From: an uncultured virus (IMG/VR IMGVR_UViG_3300025751_003710)
Lineage: Duplodnaviria; Heunggongvirae; Uroviricota; Caudoviricetes
Length of the DNA: 64,000 nt
Virus record (IMG/VR): IMGVR_UViG_3300025751_003710
Reading direction: 5' to 3' (one strand)
Part shown: positions 27,206-37,798 of the stretch, in pieces
Layout: every line of letters starts with the position of its first letter
Numbering within the stretch: the first letter of the stretch is position 1
Notes under the pieces: model-generated
Databases searched by the model: none
Seen by the model: the letters and a program-made list of their open reading frames with translations, nothing else
What the model was told of the DNA's origin: nothing
Made by a program: the position numbers and the translations under genes

Positions 27206-27813
27206 CAACACCACCATCAAATCCAGCACCAGATTATACAATTGCAAATAATCCACATGCTTATGTTCATTGTGGTCCCATAGGACCAGGATCACAGGAT
27301 GATGGTAGAGATTTTTGTATTATTACATCAACAAATAATCACTGTGTTTATCATAAAGATGGATCTAAAGTTGAACATATACAAGACGCATGGCACGAAG
27401 TTTCTGGTCATAGTATAGATGGAACAAAAAAAGAAGCTATTGCAAGATCTATCGTTGCCAAAAACGGTGATTTAATTATTAATGCTGAAAGAGGAAATAT
27501 ACATCTTAAAGCAAAAAATATTCATATCGAAACAACAGGTGAAAAAAATCAAGGAAATTTTTTAGTATCTTCAAATGGGCATGTAATCATAGCTTCAACA
27601 AAGGAAGTGCGTATTGCTGCATCTAGATTATGTCTAAATGGAACTAGTGGAGTAAATATAGTTACAGAAAACTTTGTAAATGTAATGGGATTATTAGAAC
27701 AATTTCCTCCTCAATCAATGACAAAATCGATTACATCATTACTTCAAGGAAATTGGGAATCTTTGTTAAAGGGTCTATCCCAGTCATGTGGATCTACAGG
27801 AACAGTAAAATAA
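27202..27813 (+). CDS. gp5 C-terminal-like beta-helix spike protein
   Basis: ATGA overlap; AKNGDLIINAERGNIHLKAKNIHIE beta-strand repeats. Confidence 0.5.
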   Translation: MTTPPSNPAPDYTIANNPHAYVHCGPIGPGSQDDGRDFCIITSTNNHCVYHKDGSKVEHIQDAWHEVSGHSIDGTKKEAIARSIVAKNGDLIINAERGNIHLKAKNIHIETTGEKNQGNFLVSSNGHVIIASTKEVRIAASRLCLNGTSGVNIVTENFVNVMGLLEQFPPQSMTKSITSLLQGNWESLLKGLSQSCGSTGTVK

Positions 27814-27824
27814 AATAATATATT

Positions 27825-28712
27825 ATGTCATCAGCAAATTTTTCGGATATTTCGACAAGTTATTTAGAAGTTAAAGCACCAGTTGTTGGCGCTGCATTAA
27901 ACATACCACAAGCATTCATCCCACCAGGAAGTGCAAACATATATCAATGTTTTGTCGGTTCTGGTATGAATAAAATTGTTAATGCAGCACTTAATGTGAT
28001 GTCTAACACCACAAATCCAATAGCTGTTGAAGTTGTAGGACCATCTAATTTAACAGGTGTAGTTACTATTGTTGGCGCTACATCCGTAAATGGTGCTACT
28101 AGAATTGAGGGTCCTACCCTAGATGTAGTTTCAGTCACAACAACCGTTAAAAGTACAAAAACTGCAATAGCTGGAACTAAGGGACTTACTTTAACTGGTA
28201 ATAGTGTTCTTATGAATGGTAGTGGTAAAGTTGATATATCTGCACCTACTATCAATTTGAATGGTGCTGTTCTTGTTGCTGGAGTTGGTAATCTTCCATT
28301 AGCTTTAAATAGTAAAAAAACCTTTGATATAAAGCACCCCAATAAACCAAATTATAGGTTAAGACATGCATGTGTTGAGGGTCCAGAAGCTGCAATATAC
28401 GTTCGAGGAAAGTTGTTAAATAGTAATGTAATTACTCTCCCCGATTATTGGGATGGTTTAGTTGACAAAGAGTCTATCACAGTAAATCTTACTCAAATAG
28501 GGCATAGTCAAGATCTTTATGTTGAAAAAATTGAATGGGGTAAAAATATTATTGTAAAATCTGGAAATGGAACAACAATTAATTGTCATTATCAAGTTTG
28601 GGCTGATAGATTGGGTAAAATGATAATAGAGTACGAAGGTACCACACCAGATGATTACCCAGGTGATAATTCGGAATATTCAATCGCTGGTTGGACATAC
28701 GACAAGAAATAA
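27825..28712 (+). CDS. Spike/fibre-like protein with a C-terminal chaperone-like domain
   Basis: Val/Gly/Thr-rich beta repeats then KTFDIKHP...LRHACVEGPE..Y.RG. Confidence 0.55.
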   Translation: MSSANFSDISTSYLEVKAPVVGAALNIPQAFIPPGSANIYQCFVGSGMNKIVNAALNVMSNTTNPIAVEVVGPSNLTGVVTIVGATSVNGATRIEGPTLDVVSVTTTVKSTKTAIAGTKGLTLTGNSVLMNGSGKVDISAPTINLNGAVLVAGVGNLPLALNSKKTFDIKHPNKPNYRLRHACVEGPEAAIYVRGKLLNSNVITLPDYWDGLVDKESITVNLTQIGHSQDLYVEKIEWGKNIIVKSGNGTTINCHYQVWADRLGKMIIEYEGTTPDDYPGDNSEYSIAGWTYDKK

Positions 28713-28715
28713 AAC

Positions 28716-31700
28716 ATGGCAAGAATTAATATCTACAGTACAAATCAACCGCCTGAGCAACTATCTCTTTTAGAGATAGATGATCTTAAGGTTGGAACAG
28801 GTGTTACCGTATATGGTAATACTGGTATTGTTAGTGCAGTTAGTGTCTATGCTCAAAATTATTATGGTGATGGATCTAACTTAGAGAACGTTGGTATAGA
28901 AGTTAGTGCAATTGATACATTAACTATAGACCCTGAAACTGGGAATGGTGTAATTAGTAATCAGATTACAAATGTAAAAGCAATACGTTTTGATACTGAT
29001 TCTGGATTTGCAGTATCTGATTTGGGTGATGGTGCTGTACAAATTGCCCTTAATAGTACGTTTAAATATTGGGAAGTTGATGGGCAAGATACATTAGAAG
29101 CCGAAGGTCTTGATACTGTAAAAATAGTAGCTGGTGTTGGTATTGCACTTACAACACAAAACATTGATGGTGATAAAAGATTAACGATTACTGGAACCGT
29201 AGGTGCTCAAGGTCTCCAAGGTACTTTAAGTAATTTTCAAGGAACACAAGGATTACAGGGATTACAAGGACATCAGGGATTACAGGGAAATCAAGGATTA
29301 CAAGGTAATCAAGGAACACAGGGAAATCAAGGACTACAAGGTGTACTTGGTAATTTTCAAGGAACCCAAGGACTCCAAGGTGCTCAAGGTTTACAAGGTT
29401 CTCAGGGGTCACAAGGATTTCAAGGACTCCAAGGTGCTCAAGGACTCCAAGGTGCTCAGGGTGTACTTAGCAATTTCCAAGGACTTCAAGGTTCAAAAGG
29501 ATCTCAAGGCGCACAAGGATTCCAAGGTGTTCAGGGTTTAATTGGTGAGCAAGGTAATAAAGGTGATAGTGGTGGAACAATATGGAGATTTAATACTTCT
29601 ACAACACAGGGAGATCCTGGTAATGGATACTTTAGATTTGATAATAATACTCCAGCAGATATAACAAAAATATACATTGATAATATTGATAGTGTAGGTA
29701 AGAATCAAACTGCATGGTTTGATGATTGGGAAATTTTAGGATCAAAACCAACTGTAGGATATTTGCATTTACAATCTTCTTCCCCAGACGGAACTATTTC
29801 TTATATTTTTGAAGTTACTGATGTAAATGCTGGTACTCAGGGTGCTTTTAATACTTATTATACACTTACTGTCAATCTTTTAACAGATACTACTAGTACA
29901 ATAGGTGCAAATACAAAGATTGCATTTTTCTTCGCTCCTATTGGAAGGCAAGGTGTTCAAGGTTTACAAGGTTTACAAGGATTCCAAGGTGTCCAGAGTG
30001 CTCAAGGTCTTCAAGGACTTCAAGGACTTCAGGGTCCTTTAAGTAATTTTCAAGGAACTCAAGGATTACAAGGTTTACAAGGTGTCCAGAGTGCTCAAGG
30101 TCTTCAAGGACTTCAAGGACTTCAAGGTGTAATTAGCAATTTTCAAGGAACTCAAGGATTACAAGGTAATCAAGGAACACAGGGAAATCAAGGACTACAA
30201 GGTGTAGTTGGTAATTTCCAAGGAACTCAAGGTTTACAAGGTGTACAATCTAATCAAGGAACTCAGGGACTCCAAGGAGTTCAAGGACTCCAAGGACTTC
30301 AAGGACTTCAGGGTCCTTTAAGTAATTTTCAAGGAACTCAGGGTGTTGTTGGATTTCCTAATGGTGTACCTTATGAATTTGATAGTGAAACTCAGAGACC
30401 ACTTGATCCAGGTGGAATTAGTAATATTTTATATCGAGTCGCAAATGGAACACTAAAATTTAATAATCTTTCAATTGCATCAGTTAATAGAATTTTTATT
30501 TCGGTACAAGATTATTATGGAGTATCAAGATCTAATTGGATTAACGGGTGGGATGATCCTTCATTCACAAACACTATAAAAGGATCTTTAACTATTTCAT
30601 CAGCGGAAACTAACAATCCTGGAGCTGTTATATTTTATGTTACTCAAGTTGAAGATGTAACAATAAATGGATTTTCTGGTAGTCATAGATTCTTAGAGGT
30701 TTATGTTACTTATCTTTCTGGTTCTTCTAGTTTTGATGATACAGAGAGATTATCTATCTCATTTAACCCTACTGGTGTTCAAGGTCTTCAGGGTGTTCAA
30801 GGTCCTTTAAGTAATTTTCAAGGAACACAAGGATTACAGGGATTACAAGGACATCAGGGTGTTCAAGGATTACAAGGACTTCAAGGTAATCTAAGTAATT
30901 TCCAAGGAACACAGGGAAATCAGGGTGTTCAAGGATTACAAGGACTTCAAGGATTACAAGGACTTCAAGGTTTACAGGGTTTCCAAGGCACTCAAGGATG
31001 TCAAGGATTTCAAGGACTTCAAGGTTTACAGGGAATGCAAGGACTTCAGGGTCCTTTAAGTAATTTTCAAGGTGTTCAAGGATCTCAAGGATTCCAAGGT
31101 CTCCAAGGATTACAAGGTTTACAAGGTGTCCAGAGTGCTCAAGGTCTTCAAGGTCTTCAGGGTCTTCAAGGTCTTCAGGGTCTTCAAGGTAATATAAGTA
31201 ATTTCCAAGGTACACAAGGAATGCAAGGACTTCAGGGTCCTTTAAGTAATTTTCAAGGTGTTCAAGGATCTCAAGGATTCCAAGGTGTTCAAGGTCCTTT
31301 AAGTAATTTTCAAGGAACTCAAGGTCTCCAAGGTCTCCAAGGATTACAAGGTATACAAGGTAATCAAGGAACTCAAGGTGTCCAAGGTCTCCAAGGATTA
31401 CAGGGATTACAAGGTAATCAAGGTACTCAAGGACTTCAAGGTTTACAGGGATTACAGGGATTACAAGGACTTCAAGGATTACAAGGACTTCAAGGTTTAC
31501 AGGGATTACAAGGTTTACAGGGATTACAAGGTGTAATTGGCAATTTTCAAGGTACTCAAGGACTACAAGGAAATCAGGGTGTTCAAGGTCTTCAAGGTTT
31601 ACAGGGAGTTCAATCTACACAAGGAACACAGGGTCTTCAGGGACCTCAGGGTGTTCAAGGTACTCAAGGTACTCAGGGTGTTCAAGGTGTTCAAGGTGTT

Positions 31701-34700
31701 CAAGGATTACAAGGAAATCAGGGTACCCAAGGTCTCCAAGGTTTACAGGGTGTAAGATCGAATTTCCAAGGAACTCAAGGCACTCAAGGTTTACAGGGAC
31801 CCCAAGGTACTCAGGGTTTACAAGGAGTTCAAGGAACTCAAGGTTTACAGGGACATCAAGGAACGCAAGGTTTACAGGGAGTTCAGGGAACACAAGGACT
31901 CCAAGGTATTCAAGGACTCCAGGGAACGCAAGGTACTCAAGGTTTACAAGGAACACAGGGGACACAGGGATTCCAGGGAGTTCAGGGCACTCAAGGATTA
32001 CAAGGAGTTCAAGGAATCCAAGGTACTCAAGGACTTCAAGGATTGCAAGGTCCTAAGGGAATAACACAATTTGAAGTTGATGATACCGATGAAGATGTAG
32101 TTCTTTATCCAGTGATGACCAACGTTACTGTTGGATCAACTGAAGTGATAGAGGTATCTAGTGAAAAATTAGTTTTCAATCCATCCTCTGGTAGTATTGG
32201 TATTGGAACGAGTGCAATTACAAATACACTGACTGTAGTTGGAACAGCAACAGCAACAAATTATTTTGGTAATGGTGATACTCTAAGTGGAATTGTTACT
32301 CAAATTGTTCCAGGAATTGGTATTGATATTTTTGAAACTCAAGTTCCAGGAAAAGGTAAAGTAGAAGTTCAATCATATAAACCAGTTGGAAGAACGATAT
32401 TTGTTTCTATAAATGGTGATGATAATAATACTGGTCTTGCAGAAAATCATCCAAAGCGAACTATAAAAGGAGCTTCATCTGTTGCATTAACAAATGATAC
32501 TATAAAAGTATTTCCAGGCACATATGTTGAGGATAATCCTGTTATTCTGAATAAAATTGTTTCGATTGAAGGAACAGAACTTAGAAATTGTATTATTACA
32601 CCAAAAAATCCAAATCAAGATTTGATTTATGTTAATAATGGATGTCATATAACTGATATTAGCTTTATCGGTCCAGAAATGACTGATGGAGCTGCAGTGG
32701 TAGCATTACAACCTTTATTGGGGGTTGCTACGGATAGATTCTTTGATGCTGCAAGAATGATTAGATTGAATTTAGATTATATTGCGAAAGAATCTGTAGG
32801 ATTCTTAACTAGTGGATATAGTGGATTTGCTGGAAATCATAGAGAGCAAGATGCTGCAAGATTAATTGATTTAAATATTGACTATATTGCTGCAGAAACA
32901 GTAGGATTTTTAACCACTGCATACGTTGGTTCCGCTGGTCAACCATTTGTTGTTACTAATTCTTCAGGTATTTCTACAGATCCATCTAATTGTGAAGATG
33001 ATATTAAAGATATTTTGCGTTCTTTATCTTATGATTTGAAAGCTGGAAGTAATAAAAAATGTGTTGGTGCAGGATTATCTTATTATGATGATGGAGGAAC
33101 ACTTCTCCACATTATTGGAAACGATGAAAATGGAAATAGTATTCAAGATGCGACTATATCCGCTATACAATATGCTGTTGGTGTTACAACATACATTATA
33201 GATAACAAAGATTATAAATCTCAACCTGGTGTTACAACTTATAGTCAACTTGCACAAAATGTTTCTTACTCACCAATTTTAGTTGGTGGCGGTTGCACTG
33301 CAGTTAGAGAAAAAATAAGAGAACGTGTTGGTATTATTACTAATATTATTGATAATTTTAATTATGCTACTGGTATTACAACAATTCATGGAGTAAGATT
33401 AGAAAGTGCTGATTGTGCCGATGATGTTGGTGATATATGGAGATCTGTAATATATGATATTACTAGAGGTGGTAACTCTAAGTGTGTTGGTGCTGGTAAA
33501 TCATATTATGATGATGATTGGAACTTAGCAGTTGGTACATTAGACAATGAAAAAGGTGAAATTGAACAGACAATTGCAACTTTAGACTATTCATTTGATG
33601 TTGCTAGAGCAATTGTTAATAACTCTACTTGGGGAGGAACTGTAGTTGGATTTGGAACAACTGTTGTATCTGCAGATTATGATTATAGTACTGGCATTAC
33701 TACAATAACTGCTACAGATCATGGATTATTAAAAGATGATGCTGTCAAAATTGAGAATCTGACATATTCATGTACATCTGGATCTTCTGGAGTTCCTGTT
33801 GGTGTTATAACAGCTTCTTACACTAACAGCACAGGAATTACAACAATTCAAACTTCTGGTTATCTACCAATATCCTCTGGTGATCGAGTTAAAATTGAAG
33901 GATTAACTTTCGAGTGTGTTGATGGAACGGACGTTTATCCAGATGGAAATCAAGGATATGAATTTACAGTTCAAGATGTTATTAGTTCTTCATCTAGTAG
34001 CACTACATTTATAGTAAATACTGGATCTACAACTTATGCAAATCCTCATACTTACGTGAGTGGTGGACAAGTATCCAAACTTTATACACCAGTATTTACT
34101 GTAGATGATGCAGATTATGATTATTTAACTGGAATAACTACGGTAACAGTTACTGGAACTGGTCCAACAGGTCCATATCTTTTCATTGAACCAGGAAAGA
34201 GAGTAAAACTTGGAGGATTAGTTTTTAGTTGTGATCAAGGTCAATCAGTTTATCCATCTGGAAATAATGGATATGATTTTGAAGTTATATCTACAACTGA
34301 TGATCGATATGTTGATGCTGCAAATTTAATAAAAGCAAATAGAACTGAAATTATTGATAAATCTTTAGCTTCGATTGCAATATCTCATCCAGATTTTTAT
34401 TATCCTAATGATGTACAAACAACAAGATTTTCTAGATTTAAAGATGCTTATAGATTAATACAGCAAAACAGAACGGAGATCATTAATAGTGCTTGGAATA
34501 CAATGCAGGCTGGAGAAAATCCTGCAGATTCTTCAACAGAAACTAAGTGTAAACGTGACATTGGTTATTTTGTAGACGCAGTTTCAACTGATGTATTTAC
34601 TGGTGGAAATAGTTATTCAATATCATTTGTTAAACTCTATTTTAATAATGGAACACCAATTTCAAATGGATTGGTTGGTGAAGAAGCATCATCTATAGAT

Positions 34701-37430
34701 GCTTTTAATGCCGCTAGAGATTTAATGAAGCAGGCAATTACTAATCAACTTACGGTAACAGATTTAACTATTACTGCTGATCCAGTGACTGGAGATAATC
34801 AGTCATCAGATTCATGTGCTAATGTACAAAGTGCAATTGACACTTTAACTTCTTTAGTTGTTGTAATAATTGATGCAGGAAATCTTGATCTCTTAAAAAC
34901 AACTTATGTTAATGCAGGTATTTTTGTTGCTGGAGAAAATAAGTGTCGTAGAGACATCGGATTTATTGTAGATGCTCTCGAAAAGGATATTAGATATGGG
35001 ACTAATAAATTTATTAGAGAATCTACCAGAGCATATTTTGATGCAAATGGTGCACCAATTACAAATGGATTACTTGGAGAGGAGTCAGAATCTATAACGG
35101 CATTTAATAGTATTCGCGATTATGCTAAGAAAGCAATTACAAATCAATTAAATGTAAAAGATTTAACGATTACAGCAGATCCTCTGACAGGTGATAATCA
35201 AGATCCTAGTTCTTGTGCAGATGTGCAAACGAATATTGATAATATTATTGCAATTATAACCACAGTAATTAGTGACGGTAATTTATCAAATTACCCAGCG
35301 TTATACGTTTCTAATAAAGTTGAAGTAAATACAGGAACTACAACAAAAGCACACAATTATGTAAATGGTGGAACGTTAACTTCCAATTACACATCTGAAA
35401 TTTATCCTGATGGAACTTTTGGTTATATTTTCCCAGTTAAAGATGTTCTTAGTGATGATGTATTTGAAGTAGTAACTGGCAAAACAGTATTACCTCATAC
35501 ATATGAAAGTGGTGGAACAGTTAAAAAGGTTAGTAACTTCCAATCTGAGTTCACTCAAGTAAAAGATTTATCTATTCAATCTGATTATAAGTCTGGATTT
35601 AACAATACGATTAATTCTTGTACTGATGTTGCATCAGCAATGAGGTCATGTGTTGGGGTTGTCACCAATATAGTTGGTTTAGGATCAACAGCATTCTCAA
35701 CAATTGGATTCAATACAACATATCCTGGAAATCGTGGAGAAGGATTTGATCATCTCTCAGGAATTTCTAGTGCTGTTTACGAAAAAGAATCTGGAAAAAC
35801 AACTCTTAAAGCATTAGGATATACACCTAACGTTGGTGATTTGGTTGAAATTAGAGACCTGTTATTCTCATGTTCCTCTGGTGGATCTATTTCAACAACA
35901 AGATTCCCATCTGGATATTTTGGATATGAGTTCTATGTAACTAAGGTACATGGTGATAATTCTTTTGATGTATATACTGGTGTTAGTACTATTCCACACA
36001 CATATGTTTCTGATGGGTATGTTGTTAATCGTTCAATGAACATTACACAAGCAGATTACACACATACTACAGGAATAGTTACAATTACTTCACCTGGAAT
36101 TAAGTTAAGATCAGGTGATTTGGTTACTTTGAGAGATATGGAATTTGCATGTTCTAGTGGAGCGGCTACTACAACAATATATCCTTCTGGAAATAACGGT
36201 TATGCATTTAGAGTATTAAGTGCAGATAATGAAAATGATACTTTTACGGTAAATGTCGGAACTTCTAGTGTAGATCATACTTATGTTGTTGGCGGAACTG
36301 TTACACCACCATATTCTAGAGGGGTTGGTAATATTGTTCAAGGACCTTATACTAGAAACTGTACAAACTTTATTCCAAATTCTATCGGAATGAAAGTTGA
36401 TGGATTTGAGGCAGAACCTGGTGATTTACCAGATATTGGTGTTACAGGAACGATGAGTGTTGATTCATATACACAGTATAACCAAGGAGGAATTGGAGTT
36501 TCTATTACAAATGGAGCATATTCTCAGTTAGTTTCTATATTTACCATTTGTAACGATACAGCAATTTTCACCGCTTCAGGTGGGCAATGTGACTTAACAA
36601 ACTCAAACTCCTCATTTGGTAGATTGGGATTGGTTGCTGATGGTGTCGGTGATGAAACATCTAAATCAATTTATAGATATACTGGCATTTCTTCTGGAAT
36701 AGCAGAAGTTGAGCAAGATACTATAACAGTTAGTGGAGTTGGTAGTTATCGTCCTTATGATGGACAAGCATTATATTTTGGAGAGTTGTATTATACAGTT
36801 CAAAAAATTGAAGTTACTGATGGTGGTTCTGGATACATAGCACCTCCAATAGTTACAATTTCAGATCCAGAAGGACCAAATGGAATTGTTTGTGAGGGAT
36901 CACCAAATATTGATGCAAGTGGAAGAGTAATCTCAGTAGATATTATTAGTGCTGGTAGTCAATATTTGACAAATCCAACTGTTACGTTTACTGGTGGTGG
37001 AGGAGTCGGTGCAGCTGCAACTACCATAATTTATCCATTATATTATTCTATTGAAAGTGCAACAAAACCTGTTGCAGGAATCTCAACTATTGTTCTAAAC
37101 CAGAATCTAAATAACACAGTGAGTGCTGGAACAACAGTCTATTTTAGTAGAGTAAGTTTACAAATTACATCATCACACTCTTTTGAATGGGTTGGTGCTG
37201 GAAATAATATTTTCTCAGCAAAACCTGGATTGGGTGGAGTTGTTATAACTGAAAATGAAGTTGTAATGAACAATGGTGGTCAAGTTGTTTATACCAGTAC
37301 GGATCAAGCTGGTAACTTTAAAATTGGTGATCAGTTTACAATTAATCAACTTACTGGAACAATTAGTGGTAGAGCATTCAGTCAAAGTCTGTTAAATACA
37401 GTAACACCTTTAATTCTTGCAATAGGATAA
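28716..37430 (+). CDS. Giant tail fibre with Gln-rich collagen-like repeats (2904 aa)
   Basis: Three (G-X-Q)n blocks separated by globular domains; pectin-lyase-like segment (FVSINGDD.N.G...PKRTIK); repeated KC.RDIG..VDA and YD..TGI.T modules. Confidence 0.8.
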   Translation: MARINIYSTNQPPEQLSLLEIDDLKVGTGVTVYGNTGIVSAVSVYAQNYYGDGSNLENVGIEVSAIDTLTIDPETGNGVISNQITNVKAIRFDTDSGFAVSDLGDGAVQIALNSTFKYWEVDGQDTLEAEGLDTVKIVAGVGIALTTQNIDGDKRLTITGTVGAQGLQGTLSNFQGTQGLQGLQGHQGLQGNQGLQGNQGTQGNQGLQGVLGNFQGTQGLQGAQGLQGSQGSQGFQGLQGAQGLQGAQGVLSNFQGLQGSKGSQGAQGFQGVQGLIGEQGNKGDSGGTIWRFNTSTTQGDPGNGYFRFDNNTPADITKIYIDNIDSVGKNQTAWFDDWEILGSKPTVGYLHLQSSSPDGTISYIFEVTDVNAGTQGAFNTYYTLTVNLLTDTTSTIGANTKIAFFFAPIGRQGVQGLQGLQGFQGVQSAQGLQGLQGLQGPLSNFQGTQGLQGLQGVQSAQGLQGLQGLQGVISNFQGTQGLQGNQGTQGNQGLQGVVGNFQGTQGLQGVQSNQGTQGLQGVQGLQGLQGLQGPLSNFQGTQGVVGFPNGVPYEFDSETQRPLDPGGISNILYRVANGTLKFNNLSIASVNRIFISVQDYYGVSRSNWINGWDDPSFTNTIKGSLTISSAETNNPGAVIFYVTQVEDVTINGFSGSHRFLEVYVTYLSGSSSFDDTERLSISFNPTGVQGLQGVQGPLSNFQGTQGLQGLQGHQGVQGLQGLQGNLSNFQGTQGNQGVQGLQGLQGLQGLQGLQGFQGTQGCQGFQGLQGLQGMQGLQGPLSNFQGVQGSQGFQGLQGLQGLQGVQSAQGLQGLQGLQGLQGLQGNISNFQGTQGMQGLQGPLSNFQGVQGSQGFQGVQGPLSNFQGTQGLQGLQGLQGIQGNQGTQGVQGLQGLQGLQGNQGTQGLQGLQGLQGLQGLQGLQGLQGLQGLQGLQGLQGVIGNFQGTQGLQGNQGVQGLQGLQGVQSTQGTQGLQGPQGVQGTQGTQGVQGVQGVQGLQGNQGTQGLQGLQGVRSNFQGTQGTQGLQGPQGTQGLQGVQGTQGLQGHQGTQGLQGVQGTQGLQGIQGLQGTQGTQGLQGTQGTQGFQGVQGTQGLQGVQGIQGTQGLQGLQGPKGITQFEVDDTDEDVVLYPVMTNVTVGSTEVIEVSSEKLVFNPSSGSIGIGTSAITNTLTVVGTATATNYFGNGDTLSGIVTQIVPGIGIDIFETQVPGKGKVEVQSYKPVGRTIFVSINGDDNNTGLAENHPKRTIKGASSVALTNDTIKVFPGTYVEDNPVILNKIVSIEGTELRNCIITPKNPNQDLIYVNNGCHITDISFIGPEMTDGAAVVALQPLLGVATDRFFDAARMIRLNLDYIAKESVGFLTSGYSGFAGNHREQDAARLIDLNIDYIAAETVGFLTTAYVGSAGQPFVVTNSSGISTDPSNCEDDIKDILRSLSYDLKAGSNKKCVGAGLSYYDDGGTLLHIIGNDENGNSIQDATISAIQYAVGVTTYIIDNKDYKSQPGVTTYSQLAQNVSYSPILVGGGCTAVREKIRERVGIITNIIDNFNYATGITTIHGVRLESADCADDVGDIWRSVIYDITRGGNSKCVGAGKSYYDDDWNLAVGTLDNEKGEIEQTIATLDYSFDVARAIVNNSTWGGTVVGFGTTVVSADYDYSTGITTITATDHGLLKDDAVKIENLTYSCTSGSSGVPVGVITASYTNSTGITTIQTSGYLPISSGDRVKIEGLTFECVDGTDVYPDGNQGYEFTVQDVISSSSSSTTFIVNTGSTTYANPHTYVSGGQVSKLYTPVFTVDDADYDYLTGITTVTVTGTGPTGPYLFIEPGKRVKLGGLVFSCDQGQSVYPSGNNGYDFEVISTTDDRYVDAANLIKANRTEIIDKSLASIAISHPDFYYPNDVQTTRFSRFKDAYRLIQQNRTEIINSAWNTMQAGENPADSSTETKCKRDIGYFVDAVSTDVFTGGNSYSISFVKLYFNNGTPISNGLVGEEASSIDAFNAARDLMKQAITNQLTVTDLTITADPVTGDNQSSDSCANVQSAIDTLTSLVVVIIDAGNLDLLKTTYVNAGIFVAGENKCRRDIGFIVDALEKDIRYGTNKFIRESTRAYFDANGAPITNGLLGEESESITAFNSIRDYAKKAITNQLNVKDLTITADPLTGDNQDPSSCADVQTNIDNIIAIITTVISDGNLSNYPALYVSNKVEVNTGTTTKAHNYVNGGTLTSNYTSEIYPDGTFGYIFPVKDVLSDDVFEVVTGKTVLPHTYESGGTVKKVSNFQSEFTQVKDLSIQSDYKSGFNNTINSCTDVASAMRSCVGVVTNIVGLGSTAFSTIGFNTTYPGNRGEGFDHLSGISSAVYEKESGKTTLKALGYTPNVGDLVEIRDLLFSCSSGGSISTTRFPSGYFGYEFYVTKVHGDNSFDVYTGVSTIPHTYVSDGYVVNRSMNITQADYTHTTGIVTITSPGIKLRSGDLVTLRDMEFACSSGAATTTIYPSGNNGYAFRVLSADNENDTFTVNVGTSSVDHTYVVGGTVTPPYSRGVGNIVQGPYTRNCTNFIPNSIGMKVDGFEAEPGDLPDIGVTGTMSVDSYTQYNQGGIGVSITNGAYSQLVSIFTICNDTAIFTASGGQCDLTNSNSSFGRLGLVADGVGDETSKSIYRYTGISSGIAEVEQDTITVSGVGSYRPYDGQALYFGELYYTVQKIEVTDGGSGYIAPPIVTISDPEGPNGIVCEGSPNIDASGRVISVDIISAGSQYLTNPTVTFTGGGGVGAAATTIIYPLYYSIESATKPVAGISTIVLNQNLNNTVSAGTTVYFSRVSLQITSSHSFEWVGAGNNIFSAKPGLGGVVITENEVVMNNGGQVVYTSTDQAGNFKIGDQFTINQLTGTISGRAFSQSLLNTVTPLILAIG
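29201..32060 (+). repeat. Collagen-like 9-nt repeat blocks (CAAGGN...)
   Basis: QGLQGTQG repeats at about 29201-29570, 29950-30345 and 30775-32060. Confidence 0.9.
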
Positions 37431-37790
37431 ATGGCAGTAGTAGCACTTAATAAATTCCGAACAATACGAGTACCAGTAACTACTGATACTGTTGGTATAT
37501 ACACATGCCCAATTGGTGTTGCATCTATTGTAATATTATGTCAAGTCACCAATGTTTCTTCTGGAGCTGCATTGAGTGCATATACAGTTAGTGCATTTCA
37601 TTCAAGACCAACGGAATCAACTATAAATTTTGCTTTTGCCAATGAATTTTTAGTAGCACCTAATGATGGTGCAAATTTAGTTTCTGATGGAAGATTGGCA
37701 TTAGAAACATCAGATAGTATTCAAGTCACTGCAAATGAAAATGGTGTTCTTGAAATAATACTTAGTGTACTTGAAACAGCAAAACAGTAA
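37431..37790 (+). CDS. Small virion structural protein
   Basis: ALNKFRT...IYTCPIG...L.LE..D.I...SVLETA; abuts the fibre gene. Confidence 0.6.
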   Translation: MAVVALNKFRTIRVPVTTDTVGIYTCPIGVASIVILCQVTNVSSGAALSAYTVSAFHSRPTESTINFAFANEFLVAPNDGANLVSDGRLALETSDSIQVTANENGVLEIILSVLETAKQ

Positions 37791-37798
37791 TATAAAAT

